From Chiloscyllium plagiosum (taxonomy: Eukaryota): a stretch of DNA of 23,616 nucleotides. The translations under genes and the position numbers were made by a program. Each line of letters opens with the position of its first letter. Within the stretch, counting starts at the first letter, position 1. The notes below the pieces were generated by a model. The model searched no databases. It saw only the letters and a list, made by a program, of their open reading frames with translations, and was not told where the DNA came from. Location: positions 39,794,252 through 39,817,867 of the forward strand of contig NC_057719.1 in the NCBI RefSeq assembly GCF_004010195.1, given 5' to 3'. This document shows, piece after piece, positions 21,785 to 23,616 of the stretch.

Positions 21785-22743
21785 TGCTTCCAATTAAACC
21801 TATTGGACTATAACCTGGTGTTGTGTGATTTTTAACTTTGTACACCCCAGTCCAACACCGGCATCTCCGAATCATGACTAATCTAGACATGCAACATAAT
21901 CATTGCCTATTTTCTTTACCCTTCTCAAAAAAATGGTTGGCTAAGAAAGATTTTCACTTTGGAAATCTATCAACTATTCATTATAATATTTTTAATATCT
22001 AGGTATTCTTCTCTCCTTTAGTGAGAATTCAATTTTTTCTTTCCGCTAATGTTAAACTGGTTGACCTTTAATTCCCTGGATACGTATGGTCCCACTTCTT
22101 ACATAAATGAATAACATTAGCTTTCTACTGGCTCACTGGCACCTTTTTCTATTGAATTATTATGTGCTATTAATATTGTCTCTTCCCTAGATACTATTAG
22201 ATGTAGATGCAATCCATGCAGATTAAGGGCTGTTTTAGTTTCTTTATTCAATATGTACCCTTGATATTTTAATTGCACTTATTAATCATTTTTGTCTTTT
22301 AGTCAGTGTTATGTCTACCTGTTCCATCTGCCTGGTAAATGTCAAACTGAAGTAATTATTTAACATTTCTGCCATCTCTTTACTGTTACTTGTGGTTTTA
22401 TCCAAAGTGGTCCTACTCTCATCACAGCCCTCCTTTTCAATTGAGGTGAAATTCAAATTCAAATTACTACTGAATTACATCCCTTGATACTTTTATTTCA
22501 AGGCTTCTGTTAGCCTTCCTAATTGTTTTACTGATTTATCTACTACATTCTTCAAATTCTTTTCTGCTGTCAATGCTTTTAAAGGTTTTCCTATTTTCTT
22601 AATGCTCAATTATTCTGATACATTATAATGTTTAGTTTGCTCTTGTCTTTTAGAGAAAGATACTTCTTGCATTTGTTTAAAACTTTTAAAATTATTCCCA
22701 ATTTTCATTCTATAATGTTATTTTCTAGTATAATAAACTGTTC

Positions 22744-23084
22744 TTTATTCTTCCATGGGATATAGGCATCACTGGCAAGGCAACCATTGTTTGCCATCCT
22801 TAACTGCCCTTGAACTGCTACTTCTGAGGGAAGTAAACAGCATTCCTGAGGATCTAGAGACACAAGTGGTAATGAGTGGCCAAAGATGGAAGATGCCATT
22901 TTCCAAAGGACATTAGTGAACAAGAAAGGTGTTTGAACAATTAATTACAATTTAATGGTAACCAAAGCTGATACTTTTAATTCCAGGTTTATTATTAAAT
23001 TAAATCCCACCAGTTGCCATGGTTGAATTTGAACATGCCTATCTGCATTACTAGTCTGGTGAAATTATTGTACCACAATCTCCC
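22744..23084 (-). mobile_element. Old tRNA-derived SINE (second family)
   Basis: Minus strand begins gggagattgtggtac...gactagtaat, has a B-box-like gttcaaattc and a core gttcactaatgtcctttgga, and ends gggcagttaaggatggc...cccatggaagaataaa. Confidence 0.7.
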
Positions 23085-23401
23085 ATTTTATTTGCTCAAA
23101 TTCTAAAATCAGCTGTTTGCCAAGCTATTAGTTTTTTTTTCTTTAAATCATGTTTATGCTTTTATTTATTATGGTTACTATTGTTTACATATTCTTCTAT
23201 TTTTGCTTCTCTTACCTGCTTTGATTCAGACTCCATTTCCAAGACTGAAGAAGATTGTAATCATTGCAAAACAGCAGGATCTTAAGTGATGGCAGTCTAT
23301 CTAAAGCGTTTTAACCATTTTTATATTGTTCATCTCCTCCACTGCAATATTAATTATATTTTGTGTGCCTAATTGACCTTAACATTCCTTAAACTATTCT
23401 T

Positions 23402-23616
23402 ACATAGAACATAGAAGAATACAGTGCAGTACAGGCCTTTCGGCCCTCGATGTTGCGCCGATCCAAGCCCACCTAACCTACACTAGCCCACTATCCTCCA
23501 TATGCCTATCCAATGCCCGCTTAAATGCCCATAATGAGGGAGAGTCCACCACTGCTACTGGCAGGGCATTCCATGAATTCACGACTCGCTGAGTAAAGAA
23601 CCTACCCCTAACATCT
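23402..23616 (-). mobile_element. Young CR1 3' end, running off the right edge
   Basis: (acatagaa)2 tail, caggcctttcggccc stem, and a 3' UTR similar to 9370-9510; CpGs are retained. Confidence 0.85.

Larger units (their letters stand above)
21653..21877. mobile_element. Inner palindromic element (putative Penelope-derived), young
   Basis: 93-bp arms 21653-21745 / 21749-21841 (3 mismatches), a 3-nt loop, and a 36-nt unpaired tail. Perfect 12-bp TSD ctaatctagaca at 21644-21655 and 21878-21889. Confidence 0.9.

Noticed and set aside
21653..21841. MITE or miRNA hairpin interpretation
   Set aside because: The asymmetric 36-nt tail, 12-bp TSD and hammerhead boxes fit a Penelope-type retroelement end better; not formally excluded.

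Overview
Vertebrate genomic DNA, very probably from a shark or ray (HE1-type V-SINE and CR1 tails; inference). From left to right: (1) 1-~6617, a decayed endogenous retrovirus on the minus strand, with a 5' LTR, a tRNA-Ser-like PBS, a ~900-nt leader, gag (PTAP motif, one CCHC knuckle), protease, RT, RNase H and integrase; env and the 3' LTR would lie left of the window. (2) ~6618-12815, a near-full-length decayed L1 on the plus strand, split in ORF2 by a 5'-truncated antisense CR1 that contains a 319-N gap. (3) An AT-rich region, probably the 3' UTR, then an intact single-exon CDS for BAG5 (17580-18926, minus, 448 aa) preceded by a splice acceptor and a 3-codon uORF. (4) The presumed BAG5 intron, filled with old CR1 remnants and SINEs. 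It also holds a nested pair of hairpin elements resembling Penelope-like retroelements (21279-21889). These carry minimal hammerhead-ribozyme motifs, one intact on the BAG5 sense strand, and have captured an inverted 128-bp copy of DNA from ~900 bp away. All calls come from reading the sequence and ORF track by eye; no database searches were run.
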